The position numbers were made by a program, and so were the translations under genes. Below, in pieces: positions 40,956 to 54,834 of a DNA stretch of 64,000 nucleotides. Source of the DNA: Octopus vulgaris. Lineage: Eukaryota. The stretch lies in NCBI GenBank assembly GCA_951406725.2, contig OX597817.1:60264001-60328000 (forward strand), in the 5' to 3' direction. Within the stretch, counting starts at the first letter, position 1; the number at the start of each line of letters is the position of its first letter. Below the pieces are notes generated by a model. The model was not told the origin of the DNA. It did not search any database and saw nothing but the letters and a program-made list of their open reading frames with translations.

Positions 40956-41976
40956 ATGCATTGCAGGATATATATATATACTGTTGTAAAAGCAGCGTGT
41001 GTACACACACACACACACCCACAAACACAGACACACACACACACGTTTGTACGTGTGTCATTGTGTGTTCGTGGATGTGAAACTACACTGTGTATGTATG
41101 AATATCTTTGTATAAGGTCGAGCCTACGCGTTTATCTTCAAGATGAAACAGGCATGCGCCGAGCCACTGTATGTGTGTGTGTGTGTGTGTGCACGTGTGG
41201 GGATATGTGTGCGTCTGTGTGTGTGTTTGTGCGTCTGTGTATATACATGTGTGTGTGTGTGTGTGTTTGTGAATGTGCGTAAGCATGTGTATGTGTGCGC
41301 GCACGTGTGGGTGTATGCATGTGCGCGTGCGTATCTGTATGTACATGTGCGTGTATGTGCTTCTATGCGTTTGTGAGTGTATGTGTATGTGTATGCGTGT
41401 GGGCATGTGAGTGATAGTATGAATGTAGGAGGAGTTTTATGTGCGTGTGTATGTGTGTGTATATATATATATAAACATACATATACGTGTGTATGTCCCT
41501 GTATATGCGTGTGTCTAAGTATGTGTGTGAGCGCCCGGGTGTGTGCATGTGTGTATACGTGTGGATTCCGGCACCGTTTATTGAGAAATGGAATCCGAAA
41601 AACTGGGTGTGAATATGAAGTGAAGGAGAAAAGGAAAGAGAAAGTATTTGATGGGATACTTGAGACAGGATATCATAGAATGAAAGAATAGAGGAATAGA
41701 AGAATACAAGGCATATTTCAACGAAAATTGAGCGAAACAATTGATATTGGTGAATAACTCTTTAAATATTCCTCTCTTCTTTTCGTCAATTGCAATGTCA
41801 GTCATGTTTTATTGTTGTTGAATTCTTTGTTCGTTTCTTTTTAATGTGTTGTTTTTGTTTGCTTGTACTTTTTTTCACCGGAAATAGCAAGCTGTGACGT
41901 CAGAAGAGCAATGAAAACAGAGAAAGAAAGCAAGAAAGAGAGAGAGAGACAAAGGGAGAAAGGGAGAGAGAGATAA

Positions 41977-42010
<34 letters not shown>

Positions 42011-42114
42011 TGAAAGTGAGAGGACAAAGAAAGAGAAAGAAAACAAACACGAAAATGTCAGAAAGCAGTACAAAAGCATGCTCAGGTATATTTACGTATA
42101 GCTATCAGTTTGTA

Positions 42115-42265
<151 letters not shown>

Positions 42266-42269
42266 GTCT

Positions 42270-42397
42270 TCTAAACACATGGTTTTGGGTTCTGTCCTAC
42301 TGCATGGCACCTTAGGCAAGTGTCTTCTACTATAACCTAAGGCCGACCAAAGCCTTATGATTGGATTTCGCGAACGGAATCTCAAAGAAATCTGTCG

Positions 42398-42463
<66 letters not shown>

Positions 42464-42682
42464 GTATGTGTGTGTCTTTGTGTTCGTCCGTCACCACCGT
42501 TTAGCAACCGATGTTGGTGTGTTTGCGTCCAAGTAACATAGCGGTTCATCTGGGATGTCCGATCCTCTAAGGTAGGCTTAGAAAAAACATAAGTATTGGG
42601 ATCGATCCGTTCGAGTATAAATTCGTCTAAGCAGTGCTCCAGCAAGGCCGCAGCGTAATGACTGAAACAAGTAAAAGATAGA
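42270..42682 (+). mobile_element. SINE family B with expanded internal (TA)n
   Basis: cacatggttttgggttc...ggcaagtgtcttctactata...gctccagcaaggccgcagcgtaatgactgaaacaagtaaaag. Confidence 0.85.
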
Positions 42683-43164
42683 TAAAATATATATACGTAT
42701 ACATAGGTGTACCCACCAACATATATACATGTATACACACATACATATGCACACAGACACACACACATACACACATACACATCCCATTTTTATAAGTAGA
42801 TGTATTCATATTTACAAGTTTATATATGCACTCATACCCGTTTTAGAGCGGGTGCATTAGTATTTATACAATACAGTATTATAGATCCACTCCAACCGAT
42901 TTTACCAGTCAGTTTCGAAAACGAGAGTTAAGGGAACACTCAATCCCAGCTGGTATGAAGAGTATGATAACGGTTCTCTTCTGTTGGAGGCCAGGAGGTG
43001 TGACATCTGGTTTCTGGGTGTTGTGAAAAGCTGGAACGGAAAATTTCTATGGGAGAAGCTCAGAGAGGAAGTTCATCTAGAGTTCTGCGCTTGCACTAGG
43101 ATGGGAGTGATTTTACGGTATAAGAGGTAATTGCAGGCAGAGTGGAGTTGGGGCTGTCAACACC

Positions 43165-43380
43165 CTGTCAGTCAGCCATAGTGTTCAGGAACCTGGTTAA
43201 AATGAGGTACAGAAGAATCTCTAGCTTGTATTCTATTAAAGAGATTTTTGACGCCGAGGCTTCGTACAACAGCGAGGCCTTGACTGCGAGCGGATTTAAC
43301 GATGGCATTAGATACATATCCGACCATAACCCCATCAACAGAGAAAAAAAAAAAAACGCCTCCAGAAAGGTTTGTGCTTA
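43165..43380 (+). mobile_element. Penelope-like RT C-terminal relic
   Basis: Reads RNLVKMRYRRISSLYSIKEIFDAEASYNSEALTASGF. Confidence 0.6.
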
Positions 43381-43384
43381 AGAG

Positions 43385-43730
43385 AGTTGTCATACACTCT
43401 CGTCCCACGTCTCTGATGAACACAGCGATTGGATCAGTGCCTTTGTTATGCGACGTCTGAATACAATCATCAACATGAAATGGTGACGACATATCTCAAA
43501 CTCCGATCCCTCTACCATCAATTGATGCAGAGAAGTCTCTGTTGGACCGGTTGCATTGCCGAATTTGGTGATGTTATCCTCCTCCTCAAAAATTCTGTCT
43601 TTGCAACTGGCTACCAAAACCAACGTAGAAACAAAATGAGATTCAAGGACACGGCAGATCGATTTATTTATCGCCACTGACAGGGGATACTAGCTAAGCG
43701 GTGATCGCTTTATCTGAGGAAATTCGACTC
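43385..43730 (+). mobile_element. RTE LINE relic
   Basis: Reads AFVMRRLNTIINMKW...LMQRSLCWTG...RNKMRFKDT. Confidence 0.6.
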
Positions 43731-43813
43731 ATAAAATTAGTCGTAGTGGTTAACGACGAGTTGGAAGTCATAGATGCGTGCATGTATGCATATATGCATG
43801 TATGCATGCATGT

Positions 43814-43891
<78 letters not shown>

Positions 43892-43950
43892 CTCTATCTA
43901 TCTATCTATCTATCTATCTAGTATATATATATGATACACTTATATATGTA

Positions 43951-43990
<40 letters not shown>

Positions 43991-44036
43991 AATAAATATA
44001 AAATATGTATAAATAATATATGTATATATATATACA

Positions 44037-44070
<34 letters not shown>

Positions 44071-44694
44071 CATGCACACACACACACACATATAGTTTTG
44101 TAAAATATTCTTCCTCCTACTAACATGGAATGGAAACAACTCATGATAGCTTGAAATTGTAACATTGCCACTAACTTTTTAGTCATGATTAGCACAATTG
44201 AAACCGGTCGATTTTGAAAAACATTTTATTTCGTATATATATATATATAATATTACGAAGATGTACTTGCATAGCAAGTTTTGTCATCTGAGACAATTCA
44301 GTAACGACCAATGATGGTTAATTTCACTTATTTGTAGTGTGGTGTCAAAATTTTCGTCGCTCGAAATTTTGATCTGGTCGCTGACAAATGTGTGCCGCAG
44401 CGCACAGATGTCACTGACCCGGTCACAGTTTGTAATGGTCTTTTGTATTACATGTACAGTCCAGCAAGCATATTTCCACAGCTTCACAAAGCTTCTGTCA
44501 CACAATGATATATTAAAACAATTTTGCTCTAGATTGAAACCGGTTCCCTACGACCGCCATGCGCACTTCTCAACAACTCGGCCATGCTTATCTATATTTC
44601 TACATGCAGGCACACATGCATGCATATATACATACATACATACAATTGTACATACGTACGCATATGAGTATGTATATGTGAGTATATATATATG

Positions 44695-44834
<140 letters not shown>

Positions 44835-45349
44835 AAGTAAATATATGTACATCCTCACACCCAGATACATACAACATACTCAACATGTTTGTATGAAAGC
44901 TTACGGAAAAACAAACAAACCAAAAAGACAAGAACAAAAATAAATACACAGAACGAAAGTAAGACAAGACACTACATACCGACATAACAGTGGTATTTCT
45001 ATGTAAATGTCCGGATCTATGCGTATCTAAAGGTGTATGTGAAGGGTGTTCTAAGTAAATTGCCTTCTCCAATATCAACACTTTGGTAAACTCCCTTCCA
45101 CTAAAACTTACACACAAAGTCACTGCCACGCGCCCCTACTTTAATACACTAACGCCCCCTACCTTCCTTGTCGTTTTACGTATACACCGGTGCGCACACA
45201 AGTACAGAATGTATGAGAAGTCAGAGATGCTTACATACAAAGTTGAAGATATATGCACGAACAAAGACTTTGTAAATCTATATCTATGCATACGTTTATG
45301 CATACATGTAGACATGCATACGGGTGGGCAATAAAGTGTCTGTCTATCC

Positions 45350-45429
<80 letters not shown>

Positions 45430-45987
45430 GTCTGTCTGTCCGTCCGTCCGTCCGTCCGTTTATCTATCTGTCTGTCGACGTCCCTCTCTCTATATATATG
45501 CCGCAGAACCTCCCAAAACTAGACAATATCCAAGCAATGTCCACTGCTAATTAGGTTATCTCTGAAGAAAGCCAAACAATACCAGAGAAGGCAATCTCCA
45601 CAAATTATGAATCCACAAACACTTGCCGCTTTACAAGAATAAAGGGAGAACCCAGAATACTGAGACTAAAACACAGGAAATTCAGAATCGAGCAGACCAT
45701 ATGTGCTTTCTCGTCATCAGCTGCCCAAGCGGATATCGTTATGGTTTCGACACCTGGACAGTACCATTCAATCCAGCTGGGTCCTCAGCATTAAAATATA
45801 AACACTACTTGGGAATCCTCCGACGTACTATTACAAGTAATAAGATAAGAGTAAACAAATAGTGATAACTTATAGCTACAAAATAGCATTCATATTAAAG
45901 AACTAATTCCCAGAAGGATATTAAGACAATACAACAAACATAGGCAAGTAGATACCTTGTTTCTCAACCGATATCATACCATAAACA

Positions 45988-46278
45988 TGTTGTTTGTTCC
46001 TTCTCGAGCCACGCCTGGCTCATAAGGGCCGGTTTCCTTGGCGTATAGGTTCCCCACCTGGACGGGACGCCGGCCCGTCGCAATTGAGCTACAAGAGGAA
46101 AGAGTGAGAAAAAGTTGTAGCGAAAGAGTCAGCAGAAGTTCGCCATTACCTTCTGCCGGAGCTGCGTGGAGCTTAGGTGTTTCGCTCATAAACACACACA
46201 TCGCCCGGTCTAAGATTCGAACCCGCGATCCCTCGACCGCGAGTCCGCTGCTCTAACCACTAGGCCATGTGCCTCCAC
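45988..46278 (-). mobile_element. Full-length tRNA-derived SINE (family C-related)
   Basis: Head gtggaggcacatggcctagtggttagagc...gggttcgaatc and tail ggaaaccggcccttatgagcc...aacaaacaac. Confidence 0.85.
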
Positions 46279-46528
46279 CCGTAAACATGATATCACACTA
46301 GAAAAACAAGCCTAATACCGATTAGTGGAACAGCACATCAAGTTAACAGCATCCTCGAACGACGCACAGAGGAAAGGACAAGCGTGGATCAATATCTATG
46401 AAACAAGTTCAGTAATACAGAATATATGAACCAAAGAAGCTGCTTACCAAAAGTAAAACAACAAGAAGAATTAAAAATAAATGAATAAAAATAAGCATTA
46501 AATAAAAAATAAGAGAAAATAGGAAGTA

Positions 46529-46602
<74 letters not shown>

Positions 46603-46624
46603 GTATATATATATGTATATATAA

Positions 46625-46677
<53 letters not shown>

Positions 46678-46832
46678 AATATGTATATACGTACATCTAT
46701 AATTAAAACAAATAACACTTCTTAACGATGTCAGAGACTAAATAATCCATTATAAATAAATGGCCAATGAACTTGTTACTTGGGAACAAATCAAATTACA
46801 ATTAATTATAGAATGTGTGTGCGTGTGTGTGA

Positions 46833-47380
46833 ATACATACATACATACATACATTCATACGTACGTACATACATACATACATACATACATACATACATAC
46901 ATACATACATACATACATACATACATACGTACATGCATACATACATACATACATACTTGCATACATACATACATACATACATACATCCATACACACACAC
47001 ACATACATACATACATACATACACACACATACATACATACATACATACATACACACATACATACATACATACATATATATATACATACATACACACACAT
47101 ACATACACATATACATACATACTTGCATACATACATACATACATACACACACACATACATACATACATACATACATACATACATACATACATACATACAC
47201 ACATACATACACATCCACACATACATACATCCACACATACATACATGCATACATACATACACACACATACACACATACATACATACATACATACATACAT
47301 ACATACATACATACATACATGTATATATATATACACGCACACACACAGACACATACACACACACACATATATATATATAT
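46833..47380. repeat. (TACA)n compound microsatellite
   Basis: Visible tandem repeat. Confidence 0.95.
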
Positions 47381-47451
47381 TTAGTGTGTAAAAACGCTTT
47401 ACGTTTCTATATGAGTTGGGGGTTTGAACCTGTTGAATTTTAATCCTCACA

Positions 47452-47510
47452 GTTCGTGGTGTTTTTGGATAACGCGCCTGAGGATTCCAGGTTCGACTCC
47501 TGACGGTCTC
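47452..47510 (+). pseudogene. tRNA-Arg-like pseudogene lacking the anticodon loop
   Basis: tggataacgcgcctga...gattccaggttcgactcctg matches the D arm and T arm of metazoan tRNA-Arg, with ~12 nt of the anticodon region missing. Confidence 0.6.
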
Positions 47511-47527
47511 AAACAGTTTGATGTCTT

Positions 47528-47952
47528 AGGTGTAGGTGTGGCTGGGTGGTAAGAAGTTTGTTCCTCAAACATGGTTACGGGTTCAGTCCAACGGCGTGTC
47601 ACCTTTGGTGTCTCTTGCTATAGTTCTGGGCCTATCAGATCCAATCACAAGCATATGGACTTGTGAGTTTGATAGATGAAAACTAAAAGGTGACTATCAT
47701 ATATGTGTGCATACATACATACATACATACATACATACATACATACATACACATTTATGTGTGTGTGTGTATGTGTTTGTCCCTACCACCGCTTAACATG
47801 TGTAGGTCTGTTTGTGTCTACGTAACCTAGCAGTTCGACAAAGTACCATTCTTAAAACAAATAAACTAAATTCTAGGATTATTTCATTCCACTAAAACAC
47901 TTCAAGGCCGAGCCACAGCATGACCGCTGTCCAAGTGAGTGAAACGAGTAAG
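47528..47952 (+). mobile_element. SINE family B, degraded
   Basis: ggtgtggctgggtggtaagaagtttg...cacagcatgaccgctgtccaagtgagtgaaacgagtaa. Confidence 0.7.
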
Positions 47953-47964
47953 TGATATATATAT

Positions 47965-48270
47965 ATAGGGTGAGATGGGTAAATTGTCGCTATTTTATAC
48001 TTTTAATTTCGCGCATGCGCATTGTTTGTTTTTGATTTTGTCGACTACACAGTAGAGTAGGGTCAGTTGGGCAACGTCTGTGAGAAAATCAGCACCATGA
48101 CGTAATTCACTCTGTGGAAACAACATGCTGTAGTGCTTGGCATTCGCGCCGGAAGACATTTCAGAGTGTCTGGGTGTCAGTCTGAGGACAGTGTAGAGTT
48201 GGATGAGCCTAATGATGATCACGAAGGTACGGCAGCTCGGAAAACGTACTCTGATCGTTCTGACAGAATT
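47965..48270 (+). mobile_element. Tc1/mariner-superfamily 5' end relic
   Basis: TA followed by TIR-like gggtgagatgggtaaattgtcgc, then an HTH-like WKQHAVVLGIRAG...ISECLGVSLRTV. Confidence 0.55.
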
Positions 48271-49054
48271 ACATAAAAAATACACTCGGAAATCTATGAT
48301 CAATTAGACAGAGTGTAGTGTTTAAATGCGGCGCTGATAGTTTTATTGGATGTAACAGGATTTCATATGAAAAGAGAAAATCATGCAAAGGAGCGCATTA
48401 GGATGATCATTTCGTTTTGATGTTGAGGCCAAGAAGTGTTGAAATGTTAATGAACGTGGCATTGTTGGTGATGCACCGGAAGCGGAAGGGGACATTAGTG
48501 AATGATGCACCGGAAGTGACGAAGCGCACGATTTGAGGGTCTCCTTTTTGTTCGGTCAGTAGCTGAGAACGGAAGCATGCGATTAAGTGGCGGTTCTCGG
48601 GGATTCAATCTACAAGATTGAATTGGTAGAGTTGAGAGTGTCTTATGGTCATAAAGCAAATTCCAGTCAGTCGGGTTTAGTAAACTAACCATGGAGAAAT
48701 AATAGGCAAATATGAAAAATTAATAACAAAATAGAAACACCTAGAACACAGTCGTGTCCTCAGCACAAGGTTTCCAACAAAATGTCTTCCCTAAATGCAG
48801 ACACACGTAGGGAAACAGACTTGGAGATATCCAAACGAAGACATGTAGAGTTAGTGTAATGTGTGTAAATGCACGGTACGTAGATATGCGTGGAATGGTA
48901 TAAGATTGAAGACGGACAAATTATGAATTTTTAAAATTTATATATACACATGTGTGTGTTTGTGTGTGTGTAAATAGCCATAGGTGTCTTCTTTGTCTCT
49001 CTGTCCGATTGTTTATCACTGCATGTGTGTATATATATGTATATATTGTGTATA

Positions 49055-49111
<57 letters not shown>

Positions 49112-49123
49112 CTGTATATGTAC

Positions 49124-49178
<55 letters not shown>

Positions 49179-49616
49179 GTATATACTAAGATATAAGTAC
49201 AGCTACACACAAATGCATATTATACATAATGTCCGCTTCTGCGTACAGGCATTTATACACTCTCTCCACACACACATGCTGCTATATACATATATATATA
49301 TATACATATATATACACCCGCTTCCACTGGCGCATATCTTCGTTCATAGCTTCATCGTTCATTGTTAATCGTGAATAATAAAACTGTTGTTTGGATCAAT
49401 TCCAGCTGCAGGAATTTTGATTCCGGTCTCATCTTACCAAATACCTTTACCACCCGTCAAGATCTCTGTAGCTCCCTCCTACAAGTCAGCACCACCGCAG
49501 TCTCCAGCTCACCACAATGCCCGCCACCACCCGCCACTTACACACCGCCCCTCCATTACCCTCAACCATCAGCACCGCACGCAACCATCAGAAATTTTTA
49601 TATATATGTGTATATA

Positions 49617-49663
<47 letters not shown>

Positions 49664-49702
49664 ATATGTATGTATGCATATATATACATATATATATACA
49701 TG

Positions 49703-49749
<47 letters not shown>

Positions 49750-50898
49750 TTATATGCATGTATATGTGTGTATTATCATGATCATCCGTGCTTAGTCCGG
49801 CAACACACCCTTTTATCTTTCCCCTTATCTTCATCTCTTTGTATACTTCTTCGTATATCCTCATCTCCTTAACCAACTTTTTCTGCATGTATATGTGTGT
49901 GTGTGTGTATTACATACATGCATACATATATATATACACCTACATACATAAAGATTCATACATTCATATACATACACACACATATATCTGTATATGCATA
50001 TATATATATATGTCTATATATGCGTACGTATATATATATATATATTTATATACGTATATATATGTGTATATATACATACGTATTACATACGTATATATAC
50101 ATATATATATACATATATATATATACGTATATATACATATATACATATACATATATGCATATGTATACACACACACACGCATTTCTATACACACATACAC
50201 ACACAAACATACACTCATGCACACACACATATATTTATGTATACTTACATGCACATGTATATAGAAAAGCACCGGTTTATCTGAAATTACTTGTCACTCC
50301 CGCAGAGTAAGTGTATACCAAGTTTGTATTGATGTCTAATAACAAAGGTGTTAGCTGGCAGATGTCCGAGTTATAAATAAAGCATCGGACAATCAGATTG
50401 AGATGTTCTCATCCGGTCATTGACCGTATTATGATCATGTCATTGCATGACATGGCCTTTATAATGCGCAGTCCAGCCAATGTTATACGAACGATCTTTG
50501 TCGAGCTTTTATGGAAGTAAAAAAAAAAAGGCTGACAAACCAAAATCAGTTTAATGAGTGCGTTTTACATGGAATACAAATAAACAAAGAGAATTATGTT
50601 AGAGAATTCATTTTTACAGCTGTTTTAGGTGAACATGTATGATTCCACGCACCTACGATATTATGAGACTTTATTACAAAATATACACTGTTACGGTATC
50701 AATCGTACTTCACCCGAAACAGCTGTTAAGTTAAAATCATTATGCAATTGTTTATTTATATTTCTTATAAATACACTTATTGCACTTTTGTTTAACTGCT
50801 TCTTTTTACTTCTCTCTCTCTTATCTCTATCTTCTCTCTCTCTTCCTCCTCACTTTCTCCTTCTTTCTCTCTCTCTATATATATATATGCTTATGTAT

Positions 50899-50972
<74 letters not shown>

Positions 50973-50973
<1 letters not shown>

Positions 50974-51337
50974 TAAATTATAAGAGAGTTACTACTATGT
51001 GGATAGCTCTAGTGCTAAAAATAGCCTCGTTACTAGTATAGCCACAGAAAGATGTTTCCAAGAAGAAATAACATTACATTTAACGGAAGGAAAGTGAAAT
51101 ATAACGAAAACATAGATTGACCCTGAACAATAGTTTCATTACTAATGTAATATGTAATTTTACTTACATAGACATCTATAAATCATCGGTCAATCTATTT
51201 TTTCGTTATGTTTCACTTTCCTTCCGTTAAATGTATTGTTATTTCTTCTTGGAAACATCTTTCTGTGGCTATACTAGTAACGGAGCTATTTTTAGCACTA
51301 GAGCTATCCACATAGTGGTAACTCTCTTATAATTTAT
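50973..51337. repeat. Long fold-back: 150-bp arms with a 65-bp spacer
   Basis: 50973-51122 is the near-perfect reverse complement of 51188-51337. Confidence 0.95.
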
Positions 51338-51566
51338 GTATATATTTGTATTATCTCATTTTCACCCTCATTTATGAATTTATAAATTTAATGATACTGC
51401 AGTAAATATTTCATGCAGTATTCGTTTCCAATGAGTCTTAGCATGCTTTTGGCGGGGAATTTGAGGCATTACTACAAATGCAATCGATTAAACCGCACGT
51501 GTATTTGACGCTCGTGAGGGTCTAATAAATATCAAATTTTTCACCCTCATTTATGAATATATATAC

Positions 51567-51617
<51 letters not shown>

Positions 51618-51660
51618 ATCCTAGATACATATATATGTATATGTATGTGTATATATGTAT

Positions 51661-52080
51661 ACGAGCAAAACGCCCCCCATCTAATGGACGGTGCTGAGGT
51701 GTCAAATATTTAAACCAAATTTTCTGAAAACAACTTGTCCGTCCGTCCCATAGGCCTCCCCTTTGAGAAACACTGATTTAACCTAAATTTGAAACATCAA
51801 ACAGGCCGGCTTTTTTTTGCACAAACTTCACGTGCATTTTTCTCGCGTACGCGTATTATCGATCGCAACAGCTGATGTACTTGCGCGTACAAATGCACGT
51901 TCCCACGGCTTTATCGATCGCATTCTCACCCGGAATCGATTTTTGTAATTTTTTCAAGATTTATACACGCCCTGATACCCTCGGTATCTACATATCAAAT
52001 TTGAGCACAATCGGATGGAAGATACCCGAGATCCTAGAAGACACAGACACAGGCAGACAGAACGGATTTTATATAATAGA
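51661..52080 (-). mobile_element. Probable non-autonomous Helitron/HINE-type element
   Basis: Minus strand starts TCTATTATATAAAA, then a tctgtctg repeat and ccgattgtgctcaaatttg. It ends with a GC-rich imperfect hairpin and gctcgt. Confidence 0.55.
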
Positions 52081-52207
52081 ATATATCCATATTGAAATTA
52101 TATATATATAAATATATATGGGTAGGTGTATATATATATATATATATATATATAAATATACACACATATACACATATATGCATACACGACAAAGACACAC
52201 ACACAAA

Positions 52208-52760
52208 TATCCCCCTACAAAGATGTCCTCAGGCAAGCAGGAATACCAAGCATGTTTGCACTCCTCACGCAAAGACGTATGAGATGGCTTGGGCATGTTA
52301 GCCGTATAAAAGATGGCAGAATCCCCAAGGACATACTCTACGGAGAGCTTGCTAGGGGTACTAGGTATGTGGGTAGACCGCTCTTACGTTACAAGGATGT
52401 TTGCAAAAGGGACATGAAGGCCTGCAACATCAATATTAGCGGTTGGGAGGCAGTTGCCGGCAACCGTGGAGACTGGCGACGTACCGTAAGAGAGGGAATA
52501 CAAAGGAGTGACAGAGAGAGAGAGAGGAGAAATGGAAAGACAAGAAAAGACGTCAACAAGAAACTATGGCATTACAACCAGCCAGGAACAGTCTTCGCTA
52601 CATTTGCGGTACCTGCCAGAGGGAGTGTTTGTCCAGGATAGGACTACACAGCCACAGCAGGAAATGTATCAGGACATGAAATGTAAAAGCCGGACTAGAC
52701 TACTTTATGCGCAACTCCATTGTCTCCCGAGACAAAAAGGATGCCAACCAACCAACCAAT
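52208..52760 (+). mobile_element. 5'-truncated RTE (BovB-like) LINE with (CCAA)n tail
   Basis: Reads RRMRWLGHVSRIKDGRIPKDILYGELARGTRYVGRPLLRYKDVCKRDMK...NRGDWR, then CGTCQRECLSRIGLHSHSRKC. Confidence 0.9.
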
Positions 52761-53664
52761 ATATATATATAAAATATAAATTAGAGATAAAAACCACTAT
52801 TATGCAACTCAAACTGTGATAGACATAAATCAATACATAAATAACAAATAGAATATAATTTTATAAAACATATAACTTATAACTAGATCTCAAAAAGTAT
52901 AAAAATGAATGATCAATATATAATAAGTTGCATAATAGTGGTTCTATCTCCAATTTATATTTTATATATACTGTGAAATTTGATTTAATACTAAATCTAA
53001 TTTTTCCCAGTAAGTTTGGAGTTATACTCCCTAATATTATTATAATTATATATATATATATACACAGATACATATATATGTATGGTGATGCTCCAGCATG
53101 GCTGAAACAAGTAAAAAATAAAGAATATATATATATATATATATACATATATACACATTATGTATGTATATATTAGTGTACAGTGAAGCTGATATTTATG
53201 ATACATGTCTAGGTATTGCTTGTAAAAGACAAAATTTGTCGTAAATGTGTGTGAGTGTATATGAGTGTGTGTGAGTGTTTATGTGTGTGCGTGTGTGTGT
53301 GATTATGCGTGTATGTGTAAGCTTGTGTGTGTTTGTAATTGAATAGACATATGAAAAACTTGTGCGTGTAAACATGTGTAGGTGTTTGAGGCCACGTATT
53401 TCTGTTGGCAATTTCAGTTTGGCAATAATTTTATTTTCGGTGCAAAACGTTTAATATCTCGAGGGCAAACATCAATGTGTTAGATTGATTAAGATCAGTA
53501 GGGGCTTACAGTTTGCAGTGCTCAAAACCCTCACGAAATGTGAGATGTTTCTATAGCAACTAGTGCTGGAAAGCGATTTAAATAATTCTCAGCTATTTGG
53601 AATCTCTTGTTACGTTTTTAAGAAACATTCTGAAATTGTGGAAAGAAAAATCTACAACTGATGT

Positions 53665-54830
53665 AGGCACAGTCATGTTTGTGTCGTTAAGAAACTCGCT
53701 TTTTAACCACGCGGCTTCAGGTTCAACCCAACTCCGCGGTACATTGGGTAAGTGTCTGCAACGCAAGCACCGGACTGACCAATGCTTTGTGAGTGAATGT
53801 GGTTACCGGAAAATATGTGGAAGCCCGTCTCATATGTATATATATATATATGTACGTATAATTGTACACGTGTGTCTGTAGTTGTGTTTGTAACCTCTCA
53901 CCGCTTGACAACCGATTGATTGGTTTGTCGGTTTGTTTGCAGCCCCGAAACATAGCAGTTTGGCAAAAGATATTGACAGAATAAGTACTACACTTAATAG
54001 AAGTAGTAGAGTGGATTTGTTCAACTAAACTTATCAAGGCTACACCCTACCATGGTTCCTTTCTGATAACTGAAACCAGATACAAAGAAGAGTTTTCAAC
54101 TCTAGGCACGGGGCATGAAATTTTTTTTGGGGAAGGGCCAATCGATTAGATTGATCCCAGTACGCAACTGGTACTTAATTTATCGACTCTGAAAGGATGA
54201 AAGGCAAAGTCGACCTCGGCAGAATTTGAACTCAGAACGTAAAGACAGACGAAATACCGCTAAACATTTCGCCCGTTGTGCTAACGTTTCTGCCAGCTCG
54301 CCGCCTTAGGCAAGAGATATAATGAGAGCAAATACAGATTACGAAGATAGATGTTAATACACGTATGAATACATAGACCTATATATGCATAGATATATAC
54401 ATTCAAGTATATATGCATAGATACTTACATATATACATACATGCACACACGTATACATTCGCTCACACACACATGTATATATCTTTTATCTTTTACTTGT
54501 TTCAGTCATTAGACTGCGGCCATGCTGGGGTGCCGCCTTCAATTTTTAGACGAATGACCAAATCGCCCCCCCCCCCAGTGCTTATTCTTTAAAGCCTGGT
54601 ACTTAATCTATCATCCTCTTTTGCTGAATCACTAAGTTACGGGGACGTAAACACACCAACACCGGTTTTCAAGAGATGGGGGCGGGGCAACCACAGGCAT
54701 AAAGACACACACATATACATACGACAGGCTTCTTCTAGTTTTCGTCTACCAATTCCACTCACAAGGCTTTGGTCACCCCGAGGCTACAGTAGAAGACACT
54801 TACTCATAGCGTCATGCCCGGATTGAACCC
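53665..54830. mobile_element. SINE cluster: B (+ 53665-54080), A (- 54095-54308), B (- 54482-54830)
   Basis: Family-diagnostic motifs as in the copies above. Confidence 0.85.
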
Positions 54831-54834
54831 GGAT

